From the human T2T-CHM13v2.0 reference genome, Homo sapiens: DNA of 64,000 bases. The position numbers and the translations under genes were made by a program. This document shows, one piece after another, positions 27,377 through 41,015 of the stretch. Position 1 is the first letter of the stretch. Every line of letters starts with the position of its first letter. The stretch lies in the NCBI RefSeq assembly GCF_009914755.1, contig NC_060944.1. One strand, written 5' to 3'. Under the pieces are notes generated by a model. That model was not told where the DNA came from and made no database searches. It saw nothing but the letters and a program-made list of their open reading frames with translations.

Positions 27377-27652
27377 GTGTGTGTGTTTTAAAATATTATT
27401 TTGAGTATGTCTTTTCTTGGTGGGGAAACTCAGCAGCAGAGGGCTGAGTTCAATAAAGGCTCCAATCAAAACATGATATACTCATTGATTCCCTCAAAGT
27501 TTACTCCCTTTGTGATTTATTTATTCCAATTTCTCACATTTTGTTTCTGCCTTTTTAGTTTAGCTCTTCCTCTAGACCACTCCAAGAGCATAGGCCTTGC
27601 TGGCATACTACTGTCTTTTTTCTTAAAAAATATATAGAGGGATCCTGTTAGA

Positions 27653-27870
27653 TTAGTGTTCAGCAACTACTGCAGGCATGACATATCTGGCCCTGTACAT
27701 TTTATGAAAATGAACTTACTGGAACACTGCTGTGCCTACTCATTTGTGTACTGTCTACGAAAGCTTTCATGCTACAACTTCCAAGTCCAGTGGTTGACAC
27801 AGGAACCATATGACCTGCAAAACCAAGTATATTTACTATCTGACCCTTTACAGAAAGTCATGGAACCCAG
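27653..27870 (+). mobile_element. MER58A-like MITE
   Basis: ttactggaacac...ctcatt...tatttactatctg.ccctttacaga signature. Confidence 0.75.
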
Positions 27871-28134
27871 AACTGGATGATCCATGGCAACTTCCATATT
27901 CTAGTTTTTCAAAATCCTTTTCTACTGCCATTCTTACTAAGGAGAATTTCAGCTGATAGCGGCAAACTAACAAGTAAATGTTTACCATGACTGAAGAGAG
28001 CTTCCTAAGGCAACCTTCCACCCCAGAAGCCTCATTTGTGGTTATGGGGCATGACCATAGTGCTGGCAGACCCCAGTCACTCAATAGATACAACATTCAT
28101 TTATTCATGATTTTCTTTAAAAAATACGTTACAC

Positions 28135-30630
28135 TAAAGGAACATGATTAAAAAAAAAAAAACACTACAGACTAATATCCCTGATTAACATAGATGCAAA
28201 AATCCTTAACAAAATACTAGCTAACCCATACAACAACATATCAAAAAGATAATCTACCATGATTAACTGGGTTTCATACCAGGGATGCAGGGATGGTTCA
28301 ACACACACAGGCCAATAAATGAGATACACCACATAAACAGAATTAAAAACAAAAATCACATTATTATCTCAATAGACACAGATGTATTTGACAAAATACA
28401 GCATCCCTTTATGATTAAAACCCTCAGCAAAATCAGCATAGAAGGGGAATACTTTAATGGAATAAAAGGCATGTATAACAAACCCTCAATCAACATAATA
28501 TTGAATGGGGAAAAGTTGAAAGCATTCCCCCTGAGAACTGGAGCAAGACAAGGAGGCCCATTCTCACCACTTCTATTCAGCATAGTACTGGAAGTTCTAG
28601 CCAGAGCACTCAGACAAGAGAAGGAAATAAAGGACATCTAAATGGGTAAAGAGGAAGTCAAACTCTCACTGTTTGCTGATTATATGATCATATACCTAGA
28701 AAACCCTAAAGGCTCCCCCCAAACTTCCTAGAACTGATGAATGAATTTAGCAAAGTTTCAGGATACAAAATTAATGTACACAAATCCGTAGCTCTGCTAT
28801 ACACCATCAGCAACAAAGCTGAGAATCTAATCAAGAACTAAACCTCTTTTACAATAGCTGTAAAAAAAATAAATCAATAAAACCTTTAGGAACATACCCA
28901 ACCAAGAAGGTGAAAGTATCCACAGAAAAAAACTACAAAACACTGCTGAAAGAAATCATAGACGACAAAAACAAATGGAAAAACATCCCATGCTTATGTA
29001 TGGGCAGAATCAATATTGAGAAAATGACCATACTGGCAATGCAATCTACAAACTCAGTGCAATTCCCATCAAAATACCACCATCATTCCTCACAGAACTA
29101 GAAAAAACTATCCTAAATTTTATATGGAAACAATAAAGAGCTCACATAGCCAAAGCAAGATTAAGTAAAAAGAACAAATCTGGAGGCATCACATTACCTG
29201 ATATCAAACTATACTATAAGGCCATAGTCACCAACATACCATGGTACTGATATAAAACTAGGCACATAGACCAATGGAACAGAATAGAGAACCCAGAATT
29301 AAACCCAAATACTTACAGCCAACTGATTTTAACAAGGCAAACAAAGACATAAAGTGGGGAAAGGACATCCTATTCAACAAATGATGCTGGGATAATTGGC
29401 AAGCCACACGTAGGAGAAAGAAACTGGATCATCAGCTCTTGCCTTATACAAAAATCAACTCAAGATGGATCAAGAACTTAAATCTAAGACCTGAAACTAT
29501 AATAATTCTAGCAGACAATATCAAAAAAACTCTTCTAGACATTGGCTTAGTCAAGGATTTCATGACCAAGAACCAAAAACAAATGCAATATAAACAAAAA
29601 TAAATAGCTGGAACTTAATTAAACTAAAGAGCTTTTGCACAGCCAAAGGTACAGTCAGCAGAGTGAACAGAAAACTGACAGAGTAGGAAAAATATTCACA
29701 ATCAATACATCTGACAAAGGACTAATATCCAGAATCTAAAATGAACTCAAACAAATTGGCAAGAAAAAAACAAACAATCCCATCAAAAAGTGGGCTAAGG
29801 ATAGGGATAGATAATTCTCAAAAGAAGATATTCAAATGGCCAACAAACATATGAAAAAAATGCTCAACATCACTAATGATCTCGGAAATGCAAATCAAAC
29901 CCACAATGTGACACCACTTCACTCCTGCAAGAATGGCCACAATCAAAAAACAGTAGATGCTGGCGTGGATGCAATGAAAAGGGAACACTTCTATACTGCT
30001 GGTGGGAATAAAAACTAGTACAATCACTATGGAAAACAGTACGGAGATTTCTTAAGCAACTAAAATCGTAACTACCATTCGATCCAGCTATCCCACCACT
30101 GGGTATCTACCCAGAAGAAAATAAGTCATTATATGAAAAAGATACTTGCACATACATGTTTATAGCAGCACAATTCGCAACTGCAAAATTGTGGAACCAA
30201 CCCAAATGCCCATCAATCAATGAGCAGATAAAGAAACTGTGGTGTATTTATATATGTATATGATGAAGTACTACTCAGCCATAAAAACGAATGAATTAAT
30301 AGCATTTTCAGCAACCTGGAAGAGATTGGAGACTATTATTCTAAGTGAAGTAACTCAGGAATGGAAAACCAAACATCAGATATCCTCACTCATAAGTGGG
30401 AGCTAAGCTATGAGGATGCAAAGGCAGAAAAATAATGCAATGGACTTTGTGAACTCGGGAGAAAATGATGGGAAGGGGATGAAAGATAAAAGACCACAAA
30501 TTGGGTTCCGTGTATACTGCTCAGGAGATGGGTGCATTAAAACCTCACAAATCACCATTAAAGAACTTGCTCATGTAATCCAATACCACCTGTTCCCCAA
30601 CAACCTGTGGAAATAAAAAAAATTAATTAA
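28135..30630 (+). mobile_element. 5'-truncated L1PB (ORF2 RT region to 3' UTR), probably chimeric
   Basis: Broken ORF2 peptides ([24 protein letters not shown]) and an L1PB-type 3' UTR. Confidence 0.93.
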
Positions 30631-30999
30631 AAATATATCCATTATTGTCATTTCATTTAGTTGAATACAGTTAATTCATACAACTTTGTATTTTAAGCAA
30701 GTTATGCAATCAGTGGTAACTTTTTAATAAGTTTATTTATAAACTTGCTTGTTTATAAGTCTAATATAGGAAATTTATAAAATTGAAACCATGAGAAATT
30801 TTATCCTCTTGCTGAACAAACAAAAATAGTTCGTGGCATTATGTGTATATTGTAAACTGATTTTTTAAAACCAGTTATATCAAAAACTCTTCTCATGTTG
30901 AACCCAAAGCCATTACTTCTTAGCTCATAACTATAGAAACAGAAGCTTACTATGTAAATATGCTTTTAACTGTCCACTAAAAGAAACATGACTTAATTA

Positions 31000-31043
31000 C
31001 TTTTTCTTTAAGACAGGGTCTCACTCTGTCACCCAGGCTGGAG
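31000..31043 (-). mobile_element. Alu 3' stub truncated at the duplication junction
   Basis: agacagggtctcactctgtcacccaggctggag joined directly to sequence homologous to 16970 onward. Confidence 0.75.
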
Positions 31044-31049
31044 AATAAC

Positions 31050-32015
31050 TTTCTGCTTCTTTCTTTTCATATTAAACAACTTAATTAGATATGATTTGCA
31101 TACCATAAAATATATCCTCTGTAAGTGTACAATTCGAATTGTTTGGGTAAATTTATAGTTGTGCAAGCACCACCACAGTCCCGTTTTGGTACATTTTCAT
31201 AACCCCCCAAATAGGTCCTTCACATCCATTTGCAGTCAATCCTGTCTTCCATCCCCAGCCTTAGTTAGACACACTGATCTGCTTTGTCTCTGTAAACCTG
31301 CCTTTTCTAGACATTGCATATAAATGCAATTATATAATACATAGGCTATTTTCCTCTGGCTGATTTCATTTAGCACCATATTTTTGAGGTTCATCCATAT
31401 TTTAGCACATATGTTAGTAGTGTGCTTTTAATTATGGAACAGTATTCCATGGTATGGATATACCACATTTATTTCACCATTGATGGGTATTTGAATTGCT
31501 TCCAGTTAGACCTATTATGAATATCAATTCTAGAAACATTCACAGATGACTTTGTATCAACATGTTTTCATTTTTCTTAAACAGATTCCTGGGTTGCATG
31601 GCAGGTTTAACTTTTTAAGAAACTTCCAAACTTATTTCCAGTGCAGCCACCATTTTATACTAGTACCAGCAATGTGTGGGGATTCCAGTTTCTCTGCATC
31701 TTCACCAACGCTTGCTTCTGTCTGTCTTACTATAGCCATTTTAGTGGTACGCAGTAGTATATCACTGAGGTTTCAATCTGAATTGTCTAATGGCTCATAA
31801 TATTATGATAATGTAGATCATTCATAGGCCCATAAGCCATTCTTATATCTTCCTTGGTGAAATATCTACCAAAATACTTTTGAACACTTTTGAATTGGTT
31901 TCTTATTGTTGAGTTTTAAGTGTTCTTTATATATTCTGGATTCAGGTCTATTATCCAATATACGATTTGCAAATGGTTTCTTCCTGTCTGTGGATTGTGT
32001 TTTTGTTTTCTTGAA
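31050..32015 (-). mobile_element. L1MB-like 3' end (paralog of 16985 onward)
   Basis: Direct homology to about 16985-17730. Confidence 0.8.
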
Positions 32016-32539
32016 AATAGTTTTTCTTCTTTCTCTCCTCTTTTCTCTCTCACTACGCATATATAGTTTCTATCAGCGTTGTCATACAGATTTCTAAAGT
32101 TCTGTTCACTTTTTAAAAATCAAAACTATGCAAATTTGTGCCCAAAGAAATTTCTTCTAATAGAAAAGCAACACACAAAACCCTAAACAAGCAGAAGGAC
32201 CACAGAAGCTGGTGTTAGGACAGAAAACAAATTCACTGAGGGGAAAAAAAACAAAGCTGATCAGACAAACAAAAGTACCAGAGGACCTCATAATTAGGAA
32301 AATAAACAAAACACAGAAATGCTTAAATAAAATATTGGAGCTTAGTTGTACATTAACTTAGCAATCAGCCAAGGACAATTTGATACCTTAATATGTAAAC
32401 ACACAAGAGATCACAAATGTACACACTCTTACTGAGTCAAGGCTTCCAGCCCAAGACAGTAAATGTTTCATATGAATCCTGGTGAACCTGCATTTCTGTC
32501 AATTCCTTACAGGCAAAGACCCTAAAGAAAACAATGCAA

Positions 32540-33026
32540 TATTAATAAGCAAGTATTAGAAAAGACTTATAGGATTTTGGCTTATGTAAAGTTTTTCAGA
32601 GATAATTCATAAAGCAAAGTTTTGCTTTGTATTGGATGCTGTTAGGAAGTGGGGATAATTCCATGATTGGTTATCTTGATAAATCTTAAACAAAAAAAGC
32701 AATGGGATGGTGAGGCTAAAGCTGTGATTGTTAAACAAATGTCAGTTACTCATATTCTGACCAGGAGAGGAATATGTTTGGCCATTTTTTGCAGTTTTAG
32801 CAGTTTGTATGTTTTGTTTGCATTCAGACGTTATTACAGATTGGTCTTGGTTTTTGTTTTTGTTTTTCATCCACTAAAGCCACAGAGGTGCCTTGTCTAG
32901 TGCTCTTGTCTTTTTATGTTGAACAGGAGAACTTTACCACCTAGCTGTCAGTACTGGGCCAGATCCACCACACCTAACAGTAACAGCCCAGTTCTCAGAT
33001 GCCAGGGGCTAGTGTCCTCTTTTTCA
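32540..33026 (-). mobile_element. Old ERV1 LTR (MER89/MER90-like), probable 5' LTR
   Basis: Homologous to 14000-14952; minus-strand TG start at about 33026 with no polypurine tract. Confidence 0.6.
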
Positions 33027-33978
33027 ATGTGATAATCCAGGAATGCTACTATTAAGGATATGGGCTAGCAGGACTCTGAGGTGGGATGGAAGGCTCTCAG
33101 CTTCCCACAGGTGAGGAGAGAGGGTCTCAATGGACTACGTAGGGGTGGGCATCCTGCAGTTGGTGAGATCACATTGAACATTTGTAAGGAAAACCCAATG
33201 TCAGGGCACCAATGTGAAAAACATCACTCCTTACTCTGGAAGAATCCAGACTGCTTAAGGTGATAGCCGTGGCCAAAAGAGGGAACAGCTCTGAGGTCAT
33301 TAATTTACCAAGCATTTTGATGATTCACTGTTACTACATTGTAGTCTCTTCCTCAGGTATAAGCCCAAATCTTCCATTTCCAGAAAAGAAACACATCACA
33401 AGTTGGGACATTGTTGAGCGATCACAGGAAACTTTCTCAATTTTTTTGTGAGGGCCAAAGGGGCCCCCAGCTTGAATAAAACCTCTTTATGGAAGTGTTT
33501 GGTGAAGGTTTTTGGAGATGGCCATCAAAGCTGAACTGATGGCTTATCTTCAAAGGACCTTCCTCAGGTGGCCACTTTCATTCTCTGTGCATGAATTCTT
33601 TCTGCAGCCCAAGCGACAATGAAAACTGCATAGGCTTTCTTATTAAGAGTGCTAATATGGAATTTCTAATGTGGAATTTGTAAAACCACTGAGTTTTGTG
33701 CAATTTCCCTTCTAATTATTAGTTTCTTTCTTTTACTTTTTATTTGTCCTGATACTTTAATTATTTCAAGTTTCTTTTTTTTCAATAGTCATTTTTAAGT
33801 ACCATTCAGGATTTTATAAAAATATTAGTAATCGGGTAGTCTGTTTAAAATTCCTTAGATTTCTCTTGAGATGTTGTTTATATTCTTCTTAGTCTGCTTA
33901 GTAAACACTTCATATCCTCTCTTTAAAAAAAAGCAGATATGTCAGAAATATGATAGCAGTAATTACATGCCCAGAACT

Positions 33979-34235
33979 TATTTTTTTTTTTTTGAGACCT
34001 TGCCCTGTCACCCAGGCTAGCATGCAATGGCGCAATCTCGGCTCACTTCAACCTCCACCTCCTGGGTTCAAGCAATTCTTCTGCCTCAGCCTCCCGAGTA
34101 GCTGAGATTACAGGTGCGCACCACCAAGTCCAGCTAATTTTTTGTATCTTTAGCAGAGGCGGGTTTCACCATGTTGGCCAGGCTGGTCTTGAACGCCTGG
34201 CCTCATGATCCACCCACCTTCGCCTCCCAAAGTGG
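33979..34235 (-). mobile_element. AluS (slightly 5'-truncated) inside relic C
   Basis: TSD tgcccagaact at 33968-33978 and 34236-34246. Confidence 0.94.
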
Positions 34236-34289
34236 TGCCCAGAACTCTTTCACTGTAAGATATGTCTGTGATGCTTCTGGGCCTGCTGT

Positions 34290-34790
34290 TGAAACCAGTC
34301 CCAAAGAGTTCATAATGACTAACAGAAAATCTTGATTTTGCAGAATGGCAGATGAAAAAAAACCAAGTCACTGAAACACTGAAACTCCCTCTGCTTTTGA
34401 GGTAAAAGAACTGCCTAACATTGGTTGGGACCAAGATGGCCTACTAGAACAAGCTTGCTGAAACTGCAGCCTGGATTTCCACTGCTTGTTTCATACTAAC
34501 TTCTCCCAAATTTGCACATATGACTCATAAGGTAGCATGAAGAGATAACTGCACATGCCTGAGGACTTTTCAGACTCTGCTTACCTTCCACCAATCACCT
34601 GCTAACCCCAGTATCCACCCCATAAAACTTTTCTAAAAACTGCCTTGGAGCCAACACAGGAGACAGATGAGCTTGACTCCTGTCTTCTTGGTTGTTGAAT
34701 TTCAGTGTAAGGCTTTTATTTTCTCAAAACCCATTGTCCTAGTATTGCCTTCTAGTGCATCAGGCAGTGAGCCCCTTTTGCTCCATAACA
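34290..34790 (+). mobile_element. ERV1 solo LTR (LTR48/MER49-like) inside relic C
   Basis: TG..CA ends with perfect 4-bp TSD ctgt. Confidence 0.85.
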
Positions 34791-35989
34791 CTGTTTCCTT
34801 CCTACGAGCAATGTCATTTACCCACATTGGGCTCTGCTGTCTTCAAAGGTTCTCCATTTGTACATTCACTTTCTGATTTTTCAAAGTTCCATGGCATCTG
34901 TTTCTTCTAATGGTTAAGAGTGGCCAGCAAGACACCTTGTCATGAAGATGTTTTGTACACCATCCTGGGGGCCAGGGTAAATTCTGCCAAGACATCAGCC
35001 GTGTTTTTCAGGCTTCTCTCTGCAAGCCTCAAAGAATGTGCAAACCACAGCATGTTTGTGGTAGCCTCACATACTGATCCTACAGCACTTATGTCCTCCT
35101 CACTCTTCATTTTGAAGAAGGTTATCTTCAAAATGACCTTGCTGTGAAGCTCTGTTAGCTCTGATAGGGCGCATTTCTCATTGACATAGTGATTCAGAAA
35201 ATGCAAGCAGCATATCCATGACTGTCATCTGGACTTCCATACCGATGGGACATATAGGGGAGGATTGACAGGTAGGCTAAAAATGCTGGGTAGAGAAGCT
35301 GGTGCCAGGAGAAATTTTTGGAAATTGAGTGGAGGATCTAAAATCCTTGCAGCCAGGAACTAAGAAAACTGGGGTTGGGACGTGGGGAGAGGGAAGCTGT
35401 AGACTATAGACTGTAGTCAGAGGCTGAGACTCAGGGCAGGATGCAGGTGAGAGTGGAGAGGCTTTCCTTAGGAGAGGACCATGGGAAATAAGTCTCCATG
35501 AAAGGGCCTTGGAGCAGGAGCCAGAACCCAATCATCACCATCCCTTCACCCCATCCCTTCAAGCCCAGCCCCTCTCTGCCGGGCTCACTCCCTGGTAACC
35601 TGGCTTTTATCAACCCCCTCTTCCTGGCTGGCCAATCCCCAGCTCCACTCCATGTGGGTCACAATCTGACCATTGTGACCTAATGCTCCCCCACCCCACT
35701 TGTGATTCCGTCACCGGAATTTCTTCTCAAGTGGTCTCTGATCCAGAGAGACACACCCAGCGGCAGCCGTTGACTCCCTCCACCCTTGCTTCCCTCTCAA
35801 CCATCTCACCTCCATCTGTCCAGTGGAGCCAGATGTCCCACCTTCTTGGGAGAAATTAATTGAGGCTCATTTCCAGGACAGAGGGGCAAGCTGGGTCTGA
35901 GGAGCCAAGCAGAAAAACTTCCCAAAATCACTGGGTGGGGAGGGGTCAGAGACTTACTGCTGCCCCAGCTGTTCTGACTCTGCCCCCAG

Positions 35990-36050
35990 CTTTTGGCCCC
36001 ACCCTTTTAAAGCACCTTCAGAGGTTCCCAATGGTGACAGTAAACACTGT
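35990..36050. promoter_or_regulatory. Paralogous promoter (X-box with a 1-nt insertion, forkhead site)
   Basis: gccccaccc; GTTCCCAATGGTGAC 36024-36038; GTAAACA 36040-36046. Confidence 0.42.
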
Positions 36051-36937
36051 CCTGGCCACTGTCCTGGCCATCTCTGCTGTGTTCACCCTACTCCTGATCT
36101 TTCTGGCTGCTCAGGGACTGACAGCCAAGATGTGAGGCTGTGATGAGCAGGAACAGGGAGGCCTGGAGCCCCCAGGTGAGTGGAGTGGCTTGGCTTTAGG
36201 GAAGAGCAGCCTAGGTAAGTGGATATGGATGGAAGAGGCTCTGAAATTTGGGATCTGAACTTGGGGATCAAGGCAGCAGTTCTTTCTTTATAGGAACTTC
36301 CTATTAAAAAACATTTTTTTAATTTTTTTAATAAAAACAGGAAAGAGCCTTATAGGAAAGGGCTCAGTACTGTAGCCCAGGCTCTCAAAAATTATCAGTA
36401 TAACTTAAGGTTTCTATGCCCAGTTACTTTTCCTATTTTAGTATAATAAAATAAAATATCTGACTCACTAGAGGAAATGCATAAAATGTGTACTCGAAGC
36501 ACAAAGATAATTAATTAAAGAATCCCAGCATAGCCATCATTTGTCTTAAGAAACAGAGCAGTATTTACCTTAGCCTTCTTCTGTGGGCCCCCACCCCCTA
36601 TATCAAAAAACCACCTCCTCGGTAGCCATTATGCTGAATTTTATGTTTATTTATCAATTGCTATTCTTTGTAGCTTGACTTCAACTTTCTGTACTCTTAA
36701 ACAATATATTGAATAGATTTGCATGTCCATAAATTGTAAATATGGCTTTACAGTATATTATTCTCCGGGTCTTTTTTTGTGGTGCCGTATCTTGCTCCCA
36801 CTGATGCACCTCCTGAATGTCTGTCATTCTCACCTATGTCTCTCCCTTTCTACCCTTCTTCTAGCCATTGTCATCACTTCCCTGATCTGCCTAAATTCTG
36901 CCCAGCAGTCCGTGAAAATGGTTTGCTGATGACATAT
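36031..36937 (+). ncRNA. Paralogous putative plus-strand exons (exon 1 ends 36175; exon 2 36865-36937)
   Basis: CAG|GTGAGT donor, tctccctttctacccttcttctag acceptor, TAT|GTAAGG donor. Confidence 0.45.
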
Positions 36938-37164
36938 GTAAGGACTTTAACTCCCCTCAAGCAATCTGCTCATCTCAAAGGGTAAAACATTGGCTCACTC
37001 CTAATGCAATAAATGACACATAAGGTCACAATTCAATGGTACTCTCCTTGGATACTGCTTCTTATGTGAACATCAAACTTACACTTGCTTCCTACACACT
37101 AACATATCTTGTATATTTGGAGTAAAAATTAGAGAAGTACATACAGGGATTTAAAATATAAAAC

Positions 37165-40100
37165 ATTTTTTTAGTTACCATTTCAATCTCGCTGCTTGTT
37201 ATTGGTCTGTTCAGGGTATCTAATTCTTCCTGTTGTAAGATAGGAGGGTTATATCATTCCAAGGAGTTATCCACCTCCTCTAGGTTTTCTAGTTCATGCG
37301 CATGAAAGTGTTCATCGTAGCCTTGAATGATCTTTTGTATTTCTGTGGTGTCAGTTGTAATATCTCCCATTTCATTTCTGATTGAGTTTATTGGGATTTT
37401 CTGTCTTCTTGGTTAATTTTGCTAATGTTCAATCAGTTTTATTTATCTATTTTATTTATTAAGCTGGTTTCAAGAACAAGCTTTTGTTTCATTTATCTTT
37501 TGTATTGTTTTTCGTTGTTATTTCAATTTCATTTAGTTCTGCACTGATCTTGTTTATTTCCTTTTTCTTGCTGGGTTTGGGTTTGGTTTGTTCTTGTTTC
37601 TCCAGTTCTTTGAGGTGTGAACTTAGGTTGTCCGTTTATGCTCTTTCAGATTTTTTGATGTTGGCATTTAGAGCTGTGAACTTTCCTCTTAGCACTGCCT
37701 TTGCTGTATTCCAGAGGTTTTGATAGGTTGTGTCACTATTTGCATTCAGTTTGAAGAATTTTTTAATTCCCATCTTGATTTCATACTTGACCCAGTGATC
37801 ATTTAGGAGCAGGTTATTTAATTTCCATGTATTTTCATGGTTTTGAAGGTTCCTTTCGGAGTGGATTTCCAGTTTTATTCCACTGTGGTCTGATAGAGTA
37901 CTTTATATAATTTCAATTCCCTTAAATTTACTGAGGCTCATTTTGTGGCCTATCATAAGGTCTATCTTAGAGAAAGTTCCATATGCTGATGATTATAATG
38001 TATATTCTGTAGTTGTTGGGTAGAATGTTCTGTAAATATCTGTTAAGTCCATTTGCTCTAGGGTATAGTTTAAATCCATTGTTTCTTTGCTAACTTTCTG
38101 TCTTGATGACCTGTCTAGTGTCGTCAGTGGAGTATTGAAGTCCCCCACTATTATTGTTTTGCTGTCTATTTCATTTGTTAGATCTAGTAGTAATTGTTTT
38201 ATAAACTTGGGAGCTCCAGTATTAGGTGCATATATATTTAGGATTGTGATATTTTCCTGTTGAACAGGCCTTTTATCATTATATAATGTCTCCCTTTGTC
38301 TTTCTTAACTGCTGTTGCTTTAAAGTTTCTTTTGTCTGATATAAGAATAGCTACTCTTGCTCGCTTTTGGTCTCCATCTGCATGGAATCTCTTTTTCCAC
38401 CCCTTTACCTTAAGTTAATGTGAGTCCTTAAGTGTTAGGTGAGTCTCTTTTTTTTTTAATTTTTAAATTATTATTATTATTATTATTATACTTTAAGTTT
38501 TAGGGTACATGTGCACAATGTGCAGGTTTGTTACATATGTATACATGTGCCATGCTGGTGTGCTGCACCCATTAACTCTTCATTTAGCATTAGGTATGTC
38601 TCCTAATGCTATCCCTCCCCCCTCCCCCCACCCCACAACAGTCCCCAGAGTGTGATGTTCCCCTTCCTGTGTCCATGTGTTCTCATTGTTCAATTCCCAC
38701 CTATGAGTGAGAACATGTGGTGTTTGCTTTTTTGTCCTTGCAATACTTTACTGAGAATGATGATTTCCAATTTCATCCATGTCCCTACAAAGGACATGAA
38801 CTCCTCGTTTTTTATGGCTGCATAGTATTCCATGGTGTATATGTGCCACATTTTCTTAATCCAGTCTATCATTGTTGGACATTTGGGTTGGTTCCAAGTC
38901 TTTGCTATTGTGAATAGTGCCGCAATAAACATACGTGTGCATGTGTCTTTATAGCAGCATGATTTATAGTCCTTTGGGTATATACCCAGTAATGGGATTG
39001 CTGGGTCAAATGGTATTTCTAGTTCTAGATCCCTGAGGAATTGCCACACTGACTTCCACAATGGTTGAACTAGTTTACAGTCCCACCAACAGTGTAAAAG
39101 TGTTCCTATTTCTCCACATCCTCTCCAGCACCTGTTGTTTCCTGACTTTTTAATGATTGCCATTCTAACTGGTGTGAGGTGGTATCTCATTGTGGTTTTG
39201 ATTTGCATTTCTCTGATGAGGTGAGTCTCTTGAAGGCAGCAAATAGCTGGTGAATTCTTATCCATTCTGCAATTCTGTATCTTTTAAGTGGAGCATTTAG
39301 GCCATCTAAATTAAATATTAGTATTGAAATGTGAGATACTGTTCCATTCATAGTGCTATTTGTTGTACGTATATGCAATTCTCATCAAAATACCACCATC
39401 ATTCTTCACAGAACTACAAAATCAATTCTAAAATTTATATGGAAGCAAAAAAGAGCCCGCATAACCAAAGCAAAAAGAACAAATCTGGAGGCATCACATT
39501 ACCTGATTTCAAACTATACTATAAGGCCATAGTCACCAAAATATCATGGTACTGATATAAAGCTAGGCACATAGACCAATGGAACAGAACAGAGAACCCA
39601 GAAATAAACCCAAATACTTACAGCCAACTGATCTTTGACAAAGCAAAAAAAGACATAAAGTGGGGGAAAGGACACCCTATTCAACAAATGGTGCTGGGAT
39701 AATTGGCAAGCCACATGTAGGAGAATGAAACTGGATCATCATCTCTTACCTTATACAAAAATCAACTCAAGATGGATCAAGGACTTAAATATAAGATGTG
39801 AAAAAATTCCAGCAGATGACATCAGAAAAACTCTTCTAGATATTAGCTTAGGCAAGGATTTCATGACCAAGAACCAAACAGCAAATGTAATATAAACAAA
39901 GATAAGCAACTGGGACTTGATTAAACTAAAGAGCTTTTGCATAGCAAAAGGAACAATCAGCAGAGTAAACAGAAAACTGACAGAGTGGGAGAAAATCTTC
40001 ACAATCAATACATCTGGCAAAGGACTAATATCCAGAATCTAAAATGAACTCAAACAAATTAGCAAGAAGTAAACAAACAATCCCATCAAAAAGTGGGATA

Positions 40101-41015
40101 AGGACATGCATAGACAATTCTCAAAAGAAGACATACAAATGGCCAACAAACATATAAAAAATGCTCAACATCACTAATGATCAGGGAAATGCAAATCAAA
40201 ACCACAAAGTGATACTACTTCACTCCTCCAAGAATGACCATCATCAAAAAATTTAAAAAAAAAAAAAAGATGTTGGCATGGATGCAATGAAAAGGGAACA
40301 CTTCTACACTGCTTGTGGGAATGTAAACTAGTACAACCACTATGATAAAAACAGTATGGAGATTCCTTAAGGAACTAAAAGTAGAACTACTATTTGATAT
40401 AGCTATCCCACTACTGAGTATCTACCCAGAAGAAAAGAAGCCATTATACAAAAAAGATACTTGCTCATGCATGTATATAATAGCACAATTCACAATTGTA
40501 AAAATGTGGGACCAACCCAAATGCCCATCAATCAATGAGTGAATAAAGAAACTGTGGTGCCTAGATATGTGTGTATATATATGTGTGTGTATATACATAT
40601 ATATATGCTACAGTTTCTGTGGCACATACACACACACAATGGAATACTACTCAGCCATAAAAAGAAATGAATTAATGGTATTTGAAGCAAACTGAAAGAG
40701 ATTGGAGACTATTATTCTCAGTGAAGTAGGTCAGGAATGGAAAACCAAACATCGCATTTTCTCACTCATAAGTGGGAGCTAAGCTATGAGGATACAAAGG
40801 CATAAGAATGACACAATGGACTTTAGGAACTCAAGGGAAAAAGGTGGGAAGGGGGTGAGGGAGAAAAAACTACTAATTGGGTGCATTGTACACTGCTCTC
40901 ACGTGATAGGTGCACCAAAATCTCAGAAATCACCAATAAAAAACTTACCCATGTAACCAAACATCACCTGTCCCCCAATAACCAACGGAAATAAAAAATT
41001 TTAAAAATAATAAAT
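37165..41015 (+). mobile_element. 5'-inverted (twin-primed) L1PB: inverted part 37165-39372, sense part 39373-41015
   Basis: ORF2 N-terminal region on minus joined to ORF2 3' region and UTR on plus; TSD ataaaac; empty site near 22729. Confidence 0.88.
38449..39218 (-). mobile_element. Younger L1PA 3' end nested in the L1PB
   Basis: Near-intact ORF2 C-terminus ([39 protein letters not shown]); TSD aggtgagtctctt. Confidence 0.95.

Larger units (their letters stand above)
33050..35219 (-). pseudogene. PNMA-like relic C (paralog of B)
   Basis: MDMLLAFSESLCQ*; ERSLKNTADVLAEF; GVLLATLNH; WVNDIARR..TYLTVKEFWA; CFFSGNGRFGLIPEEET..Q*I. Motif order matches the PNMA N-terminal domain followed by the capsid start. 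Confidence 0.67.

Noticed and set aside
38690-39265. Longest ORF in the track (191 aa)
   Set aside because: L1 ORF2 C-terminus of a nested L1PA, fused by chance to a few endonuclease codons of the host L1PB.
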